Assembly (NCBI GenBank): GCA_963841905.1
Contig: CAWJEM010000015.1
Coordinates: forward strand, 50,457 to 114,456
Reading direction: 5' to 3'
Length of the DNA stretch: 64,000 bases
DNA from: an uncultured Acidobacteriota bacterium
Lineage (GTDB): Bacteria; Acidobacteriota; Vicinamibacteria; Vicinamibacterales; UBA2999
The notes beneath the pieces are model-generated. The model worked only from the letters and a program-made list of their open reading frames with translations. It made no database searches and was not told the origin of the DNA. Numbering within the stretch: the stretch's first letter is position 1; every line of letters begins with the position of its first letter. Of the stretch, positions 54,788 to 64,000 are shown one piece after another. The position numbers and the translations under genes were made by a program.

Positions 54788-55568
54788 TCAGGCCGTTGTC
54801 GTCCGTTCTGCTCTGAGCGTGGCATTCGACTCGTTCAGGTAGGCCTCGACGATCTCGCCGGCGTCGCCGACCTCGCGCACCTCACCGCGCGCCATCCAGA
54901 CGGCGCGCGAGCACACACGGCTCACGGCGTTCAGATCGTGCGACACGAAAATCACGGTGCCGCCATTCGCTTGAAAAGTCGCCAGGCGTTCGAGGCAGCG
55001 CTGGCTGAAACGCTCGTCGCCGACGGCCAGGACCTCGTCGAGCAAGAGGACCTCCGGCTTCGAGCACACGGCGACGGAGAAGGCGAGTCGGGCCCGCATG
55101 CCGGATGAGTAGTACTTGGTCGGGGTATCGATGAACTCCTCGATCTCGGCGAAGGCAACCATCTCGTCGTAGCGCTCCGCGATCTCTTCACGCGTCAGGC
55201 CCAGCGCGGCGGCATACAAACGGACGTTCTCCGCACCCGTCAGGTCGGGATGGAACGTCGCGCCCAGCTCGATGACTGCGACCACTCGTCCGCGCCGGAC
55301 GATCGTGCCGCTGGTGGGTGGATAGATGCCCGCGATCAGGCGAAGCGCCGTGCTCTTTCCGGCGCCGTTTGGACCGATGAGCCCGACCGATTGGCCGGCG
55401 TCGACCTGAAGATTGAAGTTGGTCAACTGGAACTGCGCATGGCGGATGTGGATGGGTCGACGCAGGACGCTCCTCACGAACACCTCCTGCAGCGAGGTCT
55501 GTACGATGCTCGTAGTGATAGAAGCGCTTCGTCACGCCCGTGCACTCGATGATCGGCGGTATCGACAT
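54788..55568 (-). pseudogene. polysaccharide-export ABC ATPase (Wzt/TagH-like), frame broken near 55498
   Basis: N-terminus MSIPPIIECTGVTKRFYHYEHRT is in the frame of ORF 55188..55709. SLQEVFVRSVLRRP...GPNGAGKST (Walker A), YSSGMRARL (signature) and LLLDEVL (Walker B) are in ORF 54788..55483. Confidence 0.8.
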
Positions 55569-55575
55569 CAGCACC

Positions 55576-56370
55576 TCAAACGATCTCAGCGAAGAGGTCG
55601 CGCTGGCGCCTGAAGATCGCATAACCGACCAGACACACCACGACGCACGCCGCCGTCGCGCCGCCCAGATGCGCGAGCGACGGCACGCGTCCCATGTACA
55701 GAGCCTCATGGAAGAGTGTGAGTACGGAGGCGACGGGATTCAGATTGAACACCTGTCGGAACGCAGGCGGCACGAGGTCCGCGGGATAGAACACTGGCGA
55801 CACGTACAACAGCATCATCAGCGCCGCCGGCAGACCGTGTTGAAGATCCTGGAAGAAGACCGAGAGCGCTGCCGCAGGAAGCGCGAACCCCAGAGTGACC
55901 AGGAGCAGGAGCAGCGTCAACACCGGCAGCAGCAGGAAACTCACAGGCACCCCGCCGTGGTGGAACACCGCGAGGACCACGACCACCGGGACCATTTCCG
56001 CAAGGAACTCGATCAGGCGCGAGGTGACGGCGGCGAGCACGAAAACGTCAGCTGGCACGGGAACGCTCTTCGCCACCCACGCGTGCTCGGGAATCACGAG
56101 CACGCTCGTGGTGAGGGTGTGCAGCACGAAGACCCACGCGAAGTACCCGCTGATCAGAAAAGCCCAGTAGTGCGGCACGTCCAGGCGCACGATGTAGCCG
56201 AACACCAGGATGAGAATGCCCGCCGTCAGGGCTGGGTTGACCAGCAGCCACAGAAACCCCAGGCCCGATCGCTGATAGCGAACTTTGAGGTTCCGGATGA
56301 CGAGTTGCCGGAACAGTTCACGAAACTGCCAGCCGGAGGCTATGGGGTTGAGGGCGCTTGCGTTGGCCAT
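55576..56370 (-). CDS. ABC-2-type polysaccharide export permease (Wzm-like)
   Basis: ELFRQLVIRNLKVRYQRSGLGFLWLLVNP. Six TM segments. The stop lies 8 nt before the ATPase start. Confidence 0.85.
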   Translation of the reverse strand: MANASALNPIASGWQFRELFRQLVIRNLKVRYQRSGLGFLWLLVNPALTAGILILVFGYIVRLDVPHYWAFLISGYFAWVFVLHTLTTSVLVIPEHAWVAKSVPVPADVFVLAAVTSRLIEFLAEMVPVVVVLAVFHHGGVPVSFLLLPVLTLLLLLVTLGFALPAAALSVFFQDLQHGLPAALMMLLYVSPVFYPADLVPPAFRQVFNLNPVASVLTLFHEALYMGRVPSLAHLGGATAACVVVCLVGYAIFRRQRDLFAEIV

Positions 56371-56768
56371 GCACCACGATGGTCAAAACACCAAGCAGCG
56401 TTCGCGAGCCGACTGATCACAGTCCTGCTGGCCGGGTGCGAAGGAGCCGCGGCGAGTCGGGTCAGCCCGTCACGGCAGGGTTTGATGTTACCACAGCGCC
56501 TTTCATGGCCCTGGGCTTCGCGCATGAGCGTTCGGCGGTGGCGGCGGCGTGGATGTTCGCGTGAACCGGCGCTTTCTCGGTCCGCGCGCAGTTCGATCTG
56601 CTGGGTAGCTTCGCGGATATCGTCGAAGGCAACTCGCGGTTCGCCGTCGGCGGCGTCGTCCGGTTGGGGGGCGTAGTCGACTACCAACGTGCGTTGGATC
56701 TGTCGGCCGGCGCAATGGTTCGCTCGAGCTGGGCGTCAAGAAATAGCCGGTCTGCTATCCTCGCACTC

Positions 56769-57224
56769 ATGTCGGAGCCCACCTCGCCGCTCGCGCTCGG
56801 GCAGATCAACATCGTCGTCCGAGACATGCCGAAGTCGCTCGCGTTCTATCGGCTGCTCGGCCTGTCGATCCAGGAGGTCCCGCACGCCGAGTGGGCGCCT
56901 CACCACGCGAGCGGCGTGACGTCGAACGGCGTGCGCGTCGAGTTCGACAGCATCGCGTTCGCGAAGCAATGGAACCCCGGGCTCGACGAGGCGAAGCTCG
57001 GCTCCGCGACGATGCCGTTCTTCCACGTCGCGGTGCGGGAGGAGGTGGATCGTGTGCACACGCGGGTGACCTCCGCCGGGCACCGGAGCCAGCAGGCGCC
57101 CGAAGACGCGTTCTGGGGGGCGCGCTACGCGATCGTCGAGGACCCCGACGGGAACGCGGTGGGGATCATGAGTCCCATCGACGAGTCGAGGCGCCGCCCG
57201 CCGCCGCCCCCGCCGGGCGTTTGA
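56769..57224 (+). CDS. VOC/glyoxalase-family protein
   Basis: ATG 56769. LGQINIVVRDMPKSLAFYRLLGL, FWGARYAIVEDPDGNAVGIM. Pro-rich tail. Confidence 0.8.
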   Translation: MSEPTSPLALGQINIVVRDMPKSLAFYRLLGLSIQEVPHAEWAPHHASGVTSNGVRVEFDSIAFAKQWNPGLDEAKLGSATMPFFHVAVREEVDRVHTRVTSAGHRSQQAPEDAFWGARYAIVEDPDGNAVGIMSPIDESRRRPPPPPPGV

Positions 57225-57230
57225 GGAGCG

Positions 57231-58166
57231 ATGCCGCTTCGCGAACGCACGGTGATTGATACCATCGTGCTGCTGGGCAACTTGCTCGTCGACGACGTCG
57301 TCCTTGACGACGGCACGACGCGCATGGGGCAGCCAGGTGGCGCGTTGTTGTACGGCGCTCTTGGCGCAACGCTGTGGGACTCGCGCCCGGGACTCGTCAG
57401 CGTCCGGGGCGACGATTATCCAACTCAGATACTCGACGAACTTCAGCAGCGCGGCGTCGATCTGAGCGGCGTGCATCCCTTGGGTCGTCCCGGCGTCCGC
57501 ACCTGGCTGCTTTACGAAGGGCATGTTCGGCGTCTGATTCACCGGTTGGGGTGCCCGACGCACGAAGAGGTGTCGCCGCGGCCAACACTCATCCCCGCGA
57601 AATGGAGCGCCGCTCGGGCGTTTCATCTCGCGCCGATGCCGTTCGACGTGCAGCGCGCCCTGCTGACAGCACTTGCGGCCCACGCACCAGCCTTCATCTC
57701 GATCGACCCTCACCACGCGGTCACCGAGGAGACGCTTCACGAGTGGCGGGAAGTACTGGCGCACGCTGACGCCTTCCTCCCGGGCGAAGACGAACTCCTG
57801 CTCGAAGGCGCACAGGCCGATCCCCATCACGCGCTTCCGCGCCTCGTGAACGGCCGCCTGCGTTTCGTTGTCTTCAAGCGCGGGGCAAAAGGCGGAGTCC
57901 TCTACGACGCACATGACGAGCGCTTCTACAGTTGGGACGCTCGCGCACCCGCAGTCGTCGATCAGACCGGCGCAGGGGATGCCTTCGGCGTCGGGCTGGT
58001 GCTGGCGCACCTCGAAGGGCTTCCGATCGAGGTCTGTCTGCAGCGCGCGATCGTCACGGCAAGCTTCGCCGTCGCTGGCTGGGGACCTGAGGCACTGTTG
58101 GCGGCCACTCGCGCCGATGCCGAGGCCAGGTTGCGTCAGTGGTACGGCAGCGAGGAGCAGCAGTGA
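57231..58166 (+). CDS. PfkB-family carbohydrate kinase (possibly pseudouridine kinase, by adjacency to psuG)
   Basis: GGALLYGALGA, VVDQTGAGDAFGVGLV (PfkB signature 2). Overlaps the psuG start. Confidence 0.75.
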   Translation: MPLRERTVIDTIVLLGNLLVDDVVLDDGTTRMGQPGGALLYGALGATLWDSRPGLVSVRGDDYPTQILDELQQRGVDLSGVHPLGRPGVRTWLLYEGHVRRLIHRLGCPTHEEVSPRPTLIPAKWSAARAFHLAPMPFDVQRALLTALAAHAPAFISIDPHHAVTEETLHEWREVLAHADAFLPGEDELLLEGAQADPHHALPRLVNGRLRFVVFKRGAKGGVLYDAHDERFYSWDARAPAVVDQTGAGDAFGVGLVLAHLEGLPIEVCLQRAIVTASFAVAGWGPEALLAATRADAEARLRQWYGSEEQQ

Positions 58167-59068
58167 AGGAGCGGTTGGAATACAGCGACGATGTCGCGCG
58201 GGCCCTCGCCGTCAAGGCGCCCGTGGTCGCGCTCGAAACGACGGTCGTAACGCACGGTCTGCCGCACCCGAATGGCGTGACGACGGCGTTGTCGCTGGAA
58301 GAGATTGTCCGCGCGGCGGGCGCTACACCGGCAACCATCGGCGTCATCGACGGTGCACTCCGCGTTGGGCTCACGCGCATCGAGTTGGAGCAACTCGCGA
58401 AAACACCGAACGTCGCCAAGATCAATCTCAGCAACCTCGCCGCGGCAATTGCATCCGGTCAGCCCGGTTCAACGACGGTGGCAGCCACCATGTTCGCAGC
58501 GCATGCCAGCGCAATACGCGTGTTCGCCACTGGAGGCATCGGGGGCGTGCATCGCGACGCGACCGAAAGCGGCGACATTTCCGCCGACCTCACGGCACTT
58601 TCGCGCATTCCGGTCGTGGTCGTTTCTGCCGGCGCCAAGGCAATCCTCGATCTGCCGCGCACGGTGGAGATGCTGGAAACACTCGGCGTGCCGGTGTTTG
58701 GATTCGGAACGGACGAATTCCCGGCGTTCTATCGGCGATCGACCGGGCTCCCCGTGGATCGCCGCTACGACTCCATCACCGACCTCGCGTCGGCTGTGCA
58801 ACTCCACCTGTCCCTTGGCCTCGGCACGGGCGTGCTCATTGCGAATCCGATTCCGATTGCGGACGAAATGCCGTCCGAGCTCTATGAACGCGCGCTCCAC
58901 ACGGCACTGTCCGAGGCGGAGGCGCGCCGCATCCGGGGCCGTGCCGTGACACCGTTCCTGCTCGACCGCATGCGCGCCTTGACGGGCGGAGAAAGCGTCC
59001 GGGCCAACGTGGCGCTGCTGAGACACAACGCGCAGGTTGCCGCGGCTCTTGCGGTTGCGGGCTTATGA
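58163..59068 (+). CDS. psuG: pseudouridine-5'-phosphate glycosidase
   Basis: The GTG overlaps the upstream TGA. VVALETTVVTHGLPHPNGV, ATGGIGGVHR, ISADLTALSR.PVVVVSAGAKAILD. Confidence 0.85.
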   Translation: MKERLEYSDDVARALAVKAPVVALETTVVTHGLPHPNGVTTALSLEEIVRAAGATPATIGVIDGALRVGLTRIELEQLAKTPNVAKINLSNLAAAIASGQPGSTTVAATMFAAHASAIRVFATGGIGGVHRDATESGDISADLTALSRIPVVVVSAGAKAILDLPRTVEMLETLGVPVFGFGTDEFPAFYRRSTGLPVDRRYDSITDLASAVQLHLSLGLGTGVLIANPIPIADEMPSELYERALHTALSEAEARRIRGRAVTPFLLDRMRALTGGESVRANVALLRHNAQVAAALAVAGL

Positions 59069-59158
59069 GACATCTGCGTAGCGAACCCGGCCCAACTGAT
59101 GTGTCGAAGAACCTGTCGCTGGACCGAGAAGATTCAAAAGCAGTTCCGATGACGTGAA

Positions 59159-60142
59159 TCACTCCGGACACATGAACTGGTGGTTGAGGTAGACGCTCAC
59201 CTGGTCTTTGTCGATAGCGTCCAAGAGATTGTCTACGGCTTGAAGGTGCAGCTGCTGCAGAGCTGCAAGCTGGATGAGCAACTGGGCCGAAACCTCACCC
59301 AACTGCAATAGATATTCGTCGCCATCGGGAAAAGCGATCCAGTCATTGCCAGGAAAGGCAATGCCAGCCTTCGCCGTCGTGGGTGCCCCGTTGTTGTTGA
59401 GAGTGACATACGTCGCGTCGGGAATGGCGTCGGGAGTCGTGTCCGCGGCGGCGGGACGAGGCCGGTGATGAGTCTGTGTTTACTCGCCGCAGGTTTGAGA
59501 AACAGCATGGAATTGTTCGTCGGCGAACCCTGAAAGTCGATCTGGGTAAAACCAGCGAATGTCCCGCTCCATAGAGCGGCGTCTTTGGTGCCCAGATAAT
59601 CGAAGAACGCCTTGGCCTCCACACCGGTCAGAGTGTCCGCGAATGTCACGACTGCATAATCAAGAGAGAAAAAATAGGCTCTCTGTTATCGGGACTGAAG
59701 TGAGCGGTTCCATCCTGGTTCAAGACGTATCCGAGAGCATTATCGAGGACGTTAACATCCGCTTCGCTCACCGCATCTGGCCCCGAGTCCTGGACGGTAA
59801 ACACGTACGAAGGATTGGTAACGGCCTCGAAACCACCAGCAGCAACACGAAAACTGGTATTACCGGGATGGACGGTGCTGATTGCGCCATCAGCTAACAG
59901 GGCGTTAATCACCTGGTGGACGATGCCGCACTCATGAGGAGTCGATTGCTCCACAGCTCCAGGTTTGCGTAGCCGACACTCTGGATCTTGACGAGCGCCT
60001 CCTCCCCCACGACATCTCCAGAGGGAATCGGTTCCACCGAGATGTACGTGGTCGCGTGAACCGCAAGCGTGGTCGTGAGCAGAATGCTTGCGATCAAGCA
60101 TGGGAAGAACTTTCGTCGACTCGTCGTGATGCTTGTAAACAT
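59159..60142 (-). pseudogene. degraded gene for a secreted hypothetical protein (at least 3 frame changes), lower-GC segment
   Basis: Signal peptide MFTSITTSRRKFFPCLIASILLTTTLAVHA is in ORF 59909..60289. It continues in ORF 59646..60245 (GIVHQVINALLADGAISTVHPGNTSF...), then in ORF 59233..59649 (TFADTLTGVEAKAFFDYLG...). It then runs in an unlisted frame (DTTPDAIPDATYVTLNNNGAPTTAKAGIAFPGNDWIAFPDGDEYLLQLG...NHQFMCPE, stop at complement 59159-59161). One shift sits at a T6 run near 59670. Confidence 0.55.
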
Positions 60143-60368
60143 TTGTTTCACCCGGAAATTTCGCAGTCGTCTTACACTCGGCGAGCATCGTGCGGGGCAT
60201 ATGATACGCGGCAGCGACAGGGGCGGAAGCTCTTTCGTCGAACATTTCGAGTTCGCCTGCTGAGCCGCATGCCGAGCCGCCTGAGTCATGTCGCCACGCG
60301 TGCGATATGCATCCGCGAGTACGGAGTCAGCCTCCGCCAGCCCAGCCTCTGGCCGACGACGAATCCCG

Positions 60369-60689
60369 TTATCCGCCGACGTGTTCCGCGCGGAACATCG
60401 TCAGCTCCCAGATGTTGGATCGCTCATCGTGGCGGACGAGATAGGTATCACCGTCTTCGCCTTTTAGCTTGAAGTACCGGTAGTCGGGCGCCAGCCACGC
60501 GTCGACCACTTCCGCGACGGCGGTGCGATGGTCTCCAAGAATCAGGGTGCGTGGGGTTTGCTCGCCACGATGGCCCGCGTAGCACTCGACTCTAACCGTG
60601 AGGGCCCGTTCCTCTTGCATCCGATCACCATACGACGTTGAAACCATCGTAGCGCTTGAAGCCGTTACTGCTTCGACGTCCTGGGCCAA
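60369..60689 (-). CDS. small conserved hypothetical protein
   Basis: ORF with protein-like composition: VRVECYAGHRGEQTPRTLILGD...DYRYFKLKGEDGDTYLVRHDERSNIWELTMF. Start uncertain. No family assigned. Confidence 0.5.
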   Translation of the reverse strand: MAQDVEAVTASSATMVSTSYGDRMQEERALTVRVECYAGHRGEQTPRTLILGDHRTAVAEVVDAWLAPDYRYFKLKGEDGDTYLVRHDERSNIWELTMFRAEHVGG

Positions 60690-60776
60690 GCCGCGCGACG
60701 ATACTTGACTCGGTCAACTATCGGATCCACACTGACCTGGCAGGCCGTCTCCGGGCCATTCGAAGGAGGATCGCAC

Positions 60777-61772
60777 GTGGCCGCTTCCGCACTCGCGCAG
60801 CACGTCGACGCCGTCCGAGGCTTCAATCGCTTCTACACGCGCCAGATTGGCGTGCTGCAGGAAAAACTCCTCCATAGCGCGTTCTCGCTGACCGAAGGAC
60901 GCGTGCTCTACGAGATCGGGTATCACGGCGACATCGGGACGCCCCGCGACAGGGAGCCGACCGCCGTTGACCTTGCGAAGGCCCTGGACATCGATGGCGG
61001 CTACTTGAGCCGCATCCTCCAGCGCTTCGCCAAGCGCCGGCTCATCACACGCACGGCGTCAGACGCCGACGCACGCCAGGCGCATCTCGCCCTCACCGCG
61101 CGCGGACGGGCTGCGCTCGTGCCGCTGCAGCAACTGGCGCGAGACGAGGTGGCCGTCATGCTGCGACACCTCTCGCCGACCGAGCGTCGGCGCGTCGTGG
61201 ACGCGATGCGTCTGATTCAAACATCGCTCGGCAAGCCTGGGGACGCCGCGGTCGCCGAAGCGGCGGCCGCGCAGGAGCATGAAGGCGACAGCGAGCTGTG
61301 CACACTGCGCGAGCATCGCGCGGGGGACATGGGCTGGATCGTTTCGCGGCAAGGCGCACTCTACGCCAAGGAATACGGCTGGACGACCGAATACGAAGCG
61401 CTCGCGGCCGAAATCGTGGCGCAGGTCCTCAAGAACTTCGACCCGACGCGCGAACGCTGCTGGATCGCCGAATGCAACGCTGCCCGGGTCGGCGCGGTGA
61501 TGATCGTCAAGCATTCCGACACCGTGGCGAAACTGCGGCTGCTGCACGTCGAACGGGCGGCGCGCGGGCTCGGTATCGGCAAACGCCTGGTCGACGAGTG
61601 CATCCGCTTCTCGCGAGCCGCTGGCTACGAGAAGATCACGCTGTGGACGCAGGCGAACCTGCTCGCCGCGCGTCATCTCTACAGGACTACCGGCTTCAGA
61701 TGCATCGCGCAGGAGCCGCACCACCGCTTCGGTAAAAACCTCGTCGCCGAGACCTGGGAGCTCGCGCTCTAG
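60777..61772 (+). CDS. MarR-type HTH fused to GNAT N-acetyltransferase
   Basis: GTG 60777 lies 7 nt after AAGGAGGA. VRGFNRFYTRQIGVL, GRVLYEI, DGGYLSRILQRF (wHTH). C-terminal RLLHVERAARGLGIGKRLV (GNAT motif A). Confidence 0.8.
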   Translation: MAASALAQHVDAVRGFNRFYTRQIGVLQEKLLHSAFSLTEGRVLYEIGYHGDIGTPRDREPTAVDLAKALDIDGGYLSRILQRFAKRRLITRTASDADARQAHLALTARGRAALVPLQQLARDEVAVMLRHLSPTERRRVVDAMRLIQTSLGKPGDAAVAEAAAAQEHEGDSELCTLREHRAGDMGWIVSRQGALYAKEYGWTTEYEALAAEIVAQVLKNFDPTRERCWIAECNAARVGAVMIVKHSDTVAKLRLLHVERAARGLGIGKRLVDECIRFSRAAGYEKITLWTQANLLAARHLYRTTGFRCIAQEPHHRFGKNLVAETWELAL

Positions 61773-61774
61773 CC

Positions 61775-62209
61775 GCGCTCCGCTCGTTCGACCCGCCAGA
61801 CCGTTCGGCGAATTGGCCGCCCGCGCCCCCCGGCGACCGAGTGCCCGATGCGCAGCTCCTTCGCGACGGTCAGCCGACGTACTTGCAGCAGGCTCTCGGG
61901 AGTCCATACCTGCACCTCGTGCTGTGCGGGCCAGTCGCCGCGTGGAACGAGCACGACGCAACGGGCATGGTTGAGCGATTTCCCGAGATCTTGGCGATTC
62001 ACCACCTGGCTCGCGAGCATTCAGACGGAGCGCTCGTTGATTCGAGCGGCGAGGTATTCACCCGCCTCGGCATCGATCGACATGCGACGTACCTGATTCG
62101 TCCGGATGGCCACGTTGCGTTTCGTTCCGGCGGAACCGATCTACGTGGCCCAGCCGCGTACCTCGCACAATGGTTCACAGCTGGCGGCACTCGCGAGACT
62201 CTCAAATGA
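61775..62209 (+). pseudogene. C-terminal fragment of an FAD-dependent aromatic-ring monooxygenase
   Basis: PPGDRVPDAQLLRDGQPTYLQQALGSPYLHLVLCG...ATYLIRPDGHVAF (thioredoxin-like C-terminal domain). There is no FAD-binding N-terminal part. The frame simply opens at the upstream gene's stop. Confidence 0.55.
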
Positions 62210-62227
62210 TCGCAACCGTCGCCATGC

Positions 62228-62567
62228 ATGCTTCGACGAGGCGAGAGGTTGTCGTTCGTCATCGACTTCTCGTCGTATGCCGTGGGAAGCAGGCGACGTG
62301 GAGGTCTGGCGCTTCGTGAATCGCGGCATGTTCCGGCGCACGACGCTCCCCGTGCACACGCACCTCGCGCCCTTCCAGGTGTTCCGCCGGAATCGGCGGG
62401 CGCCATTGCCCCAAGAGAGTGGGTGGAAGCACACAGTCGCCATCGACGACGGAGAAGAAGTTGAGGTCCTCATTCGCTGGAATGGCTATCGCGGGCGCTA
62501 CCTGCTGCACTGTCACAACCTCGAGCACGAGGACCACACGATGATGGCGCGCGTTGATGTGATTTGA
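62228..62567 (+). pseudogene. remnant of a three-domain multicopper oxidase (C-terminal domain, frameshift and internal loss)
   Basis: ERLSFVIDFSSYAVGS is in ORF 62228..62464. GDVEVWRFVN...PVHTHLAPFQV...GWKHTVAI...GRYLLHCHNLEHEDHTMMARVDVI is in ORF 62106..62567. About 100 residues normally lying between these blocks are missing. Confidence 0.6.
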
Positions 62568-62574
62568 GTCCCCT

Positions 62575-63513
62575 TCACGAGGAAGACGCCACCGCCAAAT
62601 GCCGCAACTTGTCCGGATTGCGCACCGCGTACAGCGCCCGAATCACGTCGCCGTCGATCTCGAACGCCACAGTCTGCACCGGTCCCTCGGGTCCGTCCAC
62701 GATGACACCGGGCAGGCCGTTGATGGTCGCAAGGCGCACCGTAAACTCCGGGCGCCACCACTGACCTGGGTGTGGGCGCGCGGCGTCAACCAGGAACCGC
62801 GCCGCGCGCTCGGCGCCGACATCGATTACGTCCCGCGCGGCCCGCACCTTGCCGCCGCCGTCCGACCAGATGCGCACGTCGCTCGCGAGCAGCTGCGTCA
62901 ATGCCTTGAGATCGCCCGACTGAGTTGCCGCCATGAATGCGGACAGGAGCTGCGCATGTTTCGCATCGATCTCACCCGAACGCGCGGGCGGCACGGTCGC
63001 GCCGCGTGGTCGCGCTGCGCGCACGTGCTCGCGTGCGCGGGCGGCCAGCTGCCGGCACGCCGCTTCGCTCCGCTCCAGTGCCGGCGCCACTTCGTTGAAC
63101 GAGAAATCGAACACGTCGTGCAGCAGGAAGGCAGCCCGCTCGAGCGGCGACAGCCGGTCGAGCGTCAAGAGCAGTGCGATGGACAGATCTTCGGCCAGCT
63201 CCGTGCGGCTGTCGGGCGCGAGCGCTGCCGTGTCGAGAACCGGCTCCGGCAGCCAGGGACCGACGTACTCCTCGTGCCGTGCGCGCGCCGAGGTCAGCAT
63301 GTTGAGACAAATTCGCGTCGCGGTGGTCATGAGAAACGCTCTCGGTTCCGACACGTTCTCGCGGTTGGCCCCATGCCAGCGTAAGTACGTCTCCTGCACC
63401 GCGTCCTCGGCGTCGGCCATCGACCCGAGCATGCGGTAGGCGAGACCGAGCAGGCGCCGTCGGTACGGCTCAAACGTCCCAGCAGGATTCGACATCGCGT
63501 TCACAGTGCTCAC
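62575..63513 (-). CDS. ECF sigma factor, SigJ-like with SnoaL-like C-terminal domain
   Basis: FEPYRRRLLGLAYRMLGSMADAEDAVQETYLRW (region 2), LSPLERAAFLLHDVFDFSFNEVAPAL (region 4). About 120-aa C-terminal extension. Confidence 0.85.
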   Translation of the reverse strand: MSTVNAMSNPAGTFEPYRRRLLGLAYRMLGSMADAEDAVQETYLRWHGANRENVSEPRAFLMTTATRICLNMLTSARARHEEYVGPWLPEPVLDTAALAPDSRTELAEDLSIALLLTLDRLSPLERAAFLLHDVFDFSFNEVAPALERSEAACRQLAARAREHVRAARPRGATVPPARSGEIDAKHAQLLSAFMAATQSGDLKALTQLLASDVRIWSDGGGKVRAARDVIDVGAERAARFLVDAARPHPGQWWRPEFTVRLATINGLPGVIVDGPEGPVQTVAFEIDGDVIRALYAVRNPDKLRHLAVASSS

Positions 63514-63529
63514 GCCGTGCGCACCGTCG

Positions 63530-63958
63530 TCAGGCGGTGCGGCGGGAGCGGGCCAGAGCCAGCCCGCCGAGGGCCGTGCCCATCAGCCCCAACACCAGGG
63601 CCATGGCGCCACCGATTACTCCGTTGCCACTGCCGGGACCACCGTCGGCGATGGCCAAAACCAGCCCGCCGTTGACGCCGGCGATTAGCCCCGCCACTAG
63701 GGCCGCGATGGCTCCGAGTCGCCCAAAGGCGGTGCTGAAACGACTGGCGGGGCGGCCGAGAGCCAGCCCACCGATTACCACGCCGATCAGCGCCAGCACA
63801 ACGACCGTGGTGGCCCAGAGTCGCCGCGGGGTCAGGCCGTAAACCGTGGTGGCGGCTGGCTCGGAAACCTGCGCGGCCACCAGCACGCCATGCACAACCC
63901 CCCCGAACAGGGCGACTGCAGCCAGGGCCGCGAGAATAATAGCGAAGGTTCGTTTCAT
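63530..63958 (-). CDS. Gly/Ala-rich 4-TM membrane protein
   Basis: MKRTFAIILAALAAVALFGGVV..., repeated hydrophobic G/A/L/V segments. Lies directly upstream of and co-oriented with the sigma-factor gene. Confidence 0.6.
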   Translation of the reverse strand: MKRTFAIILAALAAVALFGGVVHGVLVAAQVSEPAATTVYGLTPRRLWATTVVVLALIGVVIGGLALGRPASRFSTAFGRLGAIAALVAGLIAGVNGGLVLAIADGGPGSGNGVIGGAMALVLGLMGTALGGLALARSRRTA

Positions 63959-64000
63959 AGATTTATGTCGCTCCTTCTGTCACCAACGGTGGGACCGGAT

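Overview
High-GC bacterial chromosomal window, by eye about two-thirds G+C. The gene content suggests a soil Acidobacteriota-, Planctomycetota- or Gemmatimonadota-like genome. I found about 55 protein-coding genes or gene remnants. I found no rRNA, tRNA, CRISPR array, transposase or integrase. All family names come from motif recognition and memory; no searches were run. Many start codons are approximate.

Main content:
1. 4.86-22.36 kb holds a tandem triplication of a module. Each copy encodes a secreted two-CxxCH DUF1592/DUF1588-type protein and a twin-arginine DUF1552 (HxxSHH) protein. Modules 1 and 3 also encode a secreted ankyrin-repeat protein ending in KNNNKCVSC.
2. Miscellaneous metabolism and envelope genes: thiolase, ThuA-like, Zn-ADH, DUF2911, DUF5916-like, a peptidoglycan-binding lipoprotein, carboxylesterase, DinB, a ceruloplasmin-like two-domain multicopper oxidase, and a DUF1111 di-haem protein.
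3. A decayed phosphate-handling locus: ppk1 with an internal deletion, a PiT remnant, and a Na/Pi-cotransporter remnant fused tail-to-tail to a truncated APC permease.
4. vapBC, a CAX antiporter, a K+ channel, YCII, an AlkD-like protein, and a CarF/TMEM189-type lipid desaturase.
5. A Ser/Thr kinase with TolB-like propellers.
6. An ABC-transporter-type glycan locus: FAD oxidoreductase, two small membrane paralogues, GT4/GT2-like genes and Wzm/Wzt.
7. A PfkB kinase-psuG pair.
8. A lower-GC stretch of gene remnants at 59.2-62.6 kb.
9. Two ECF sigma factors.

Two window-wide oddities:
- At least a dozen reading-frame breaks in otherwise recognisable genes. Two of them fall at the homologous codon of two DUF1592 paralogues.
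- Nearly every intergenic spacer is filled with strand-specific or hairpin-forming arrays of 7-9-nt words (GTTACAA, GTTCCAA, AGGGCAT, GGCAC, CACGGAAG).
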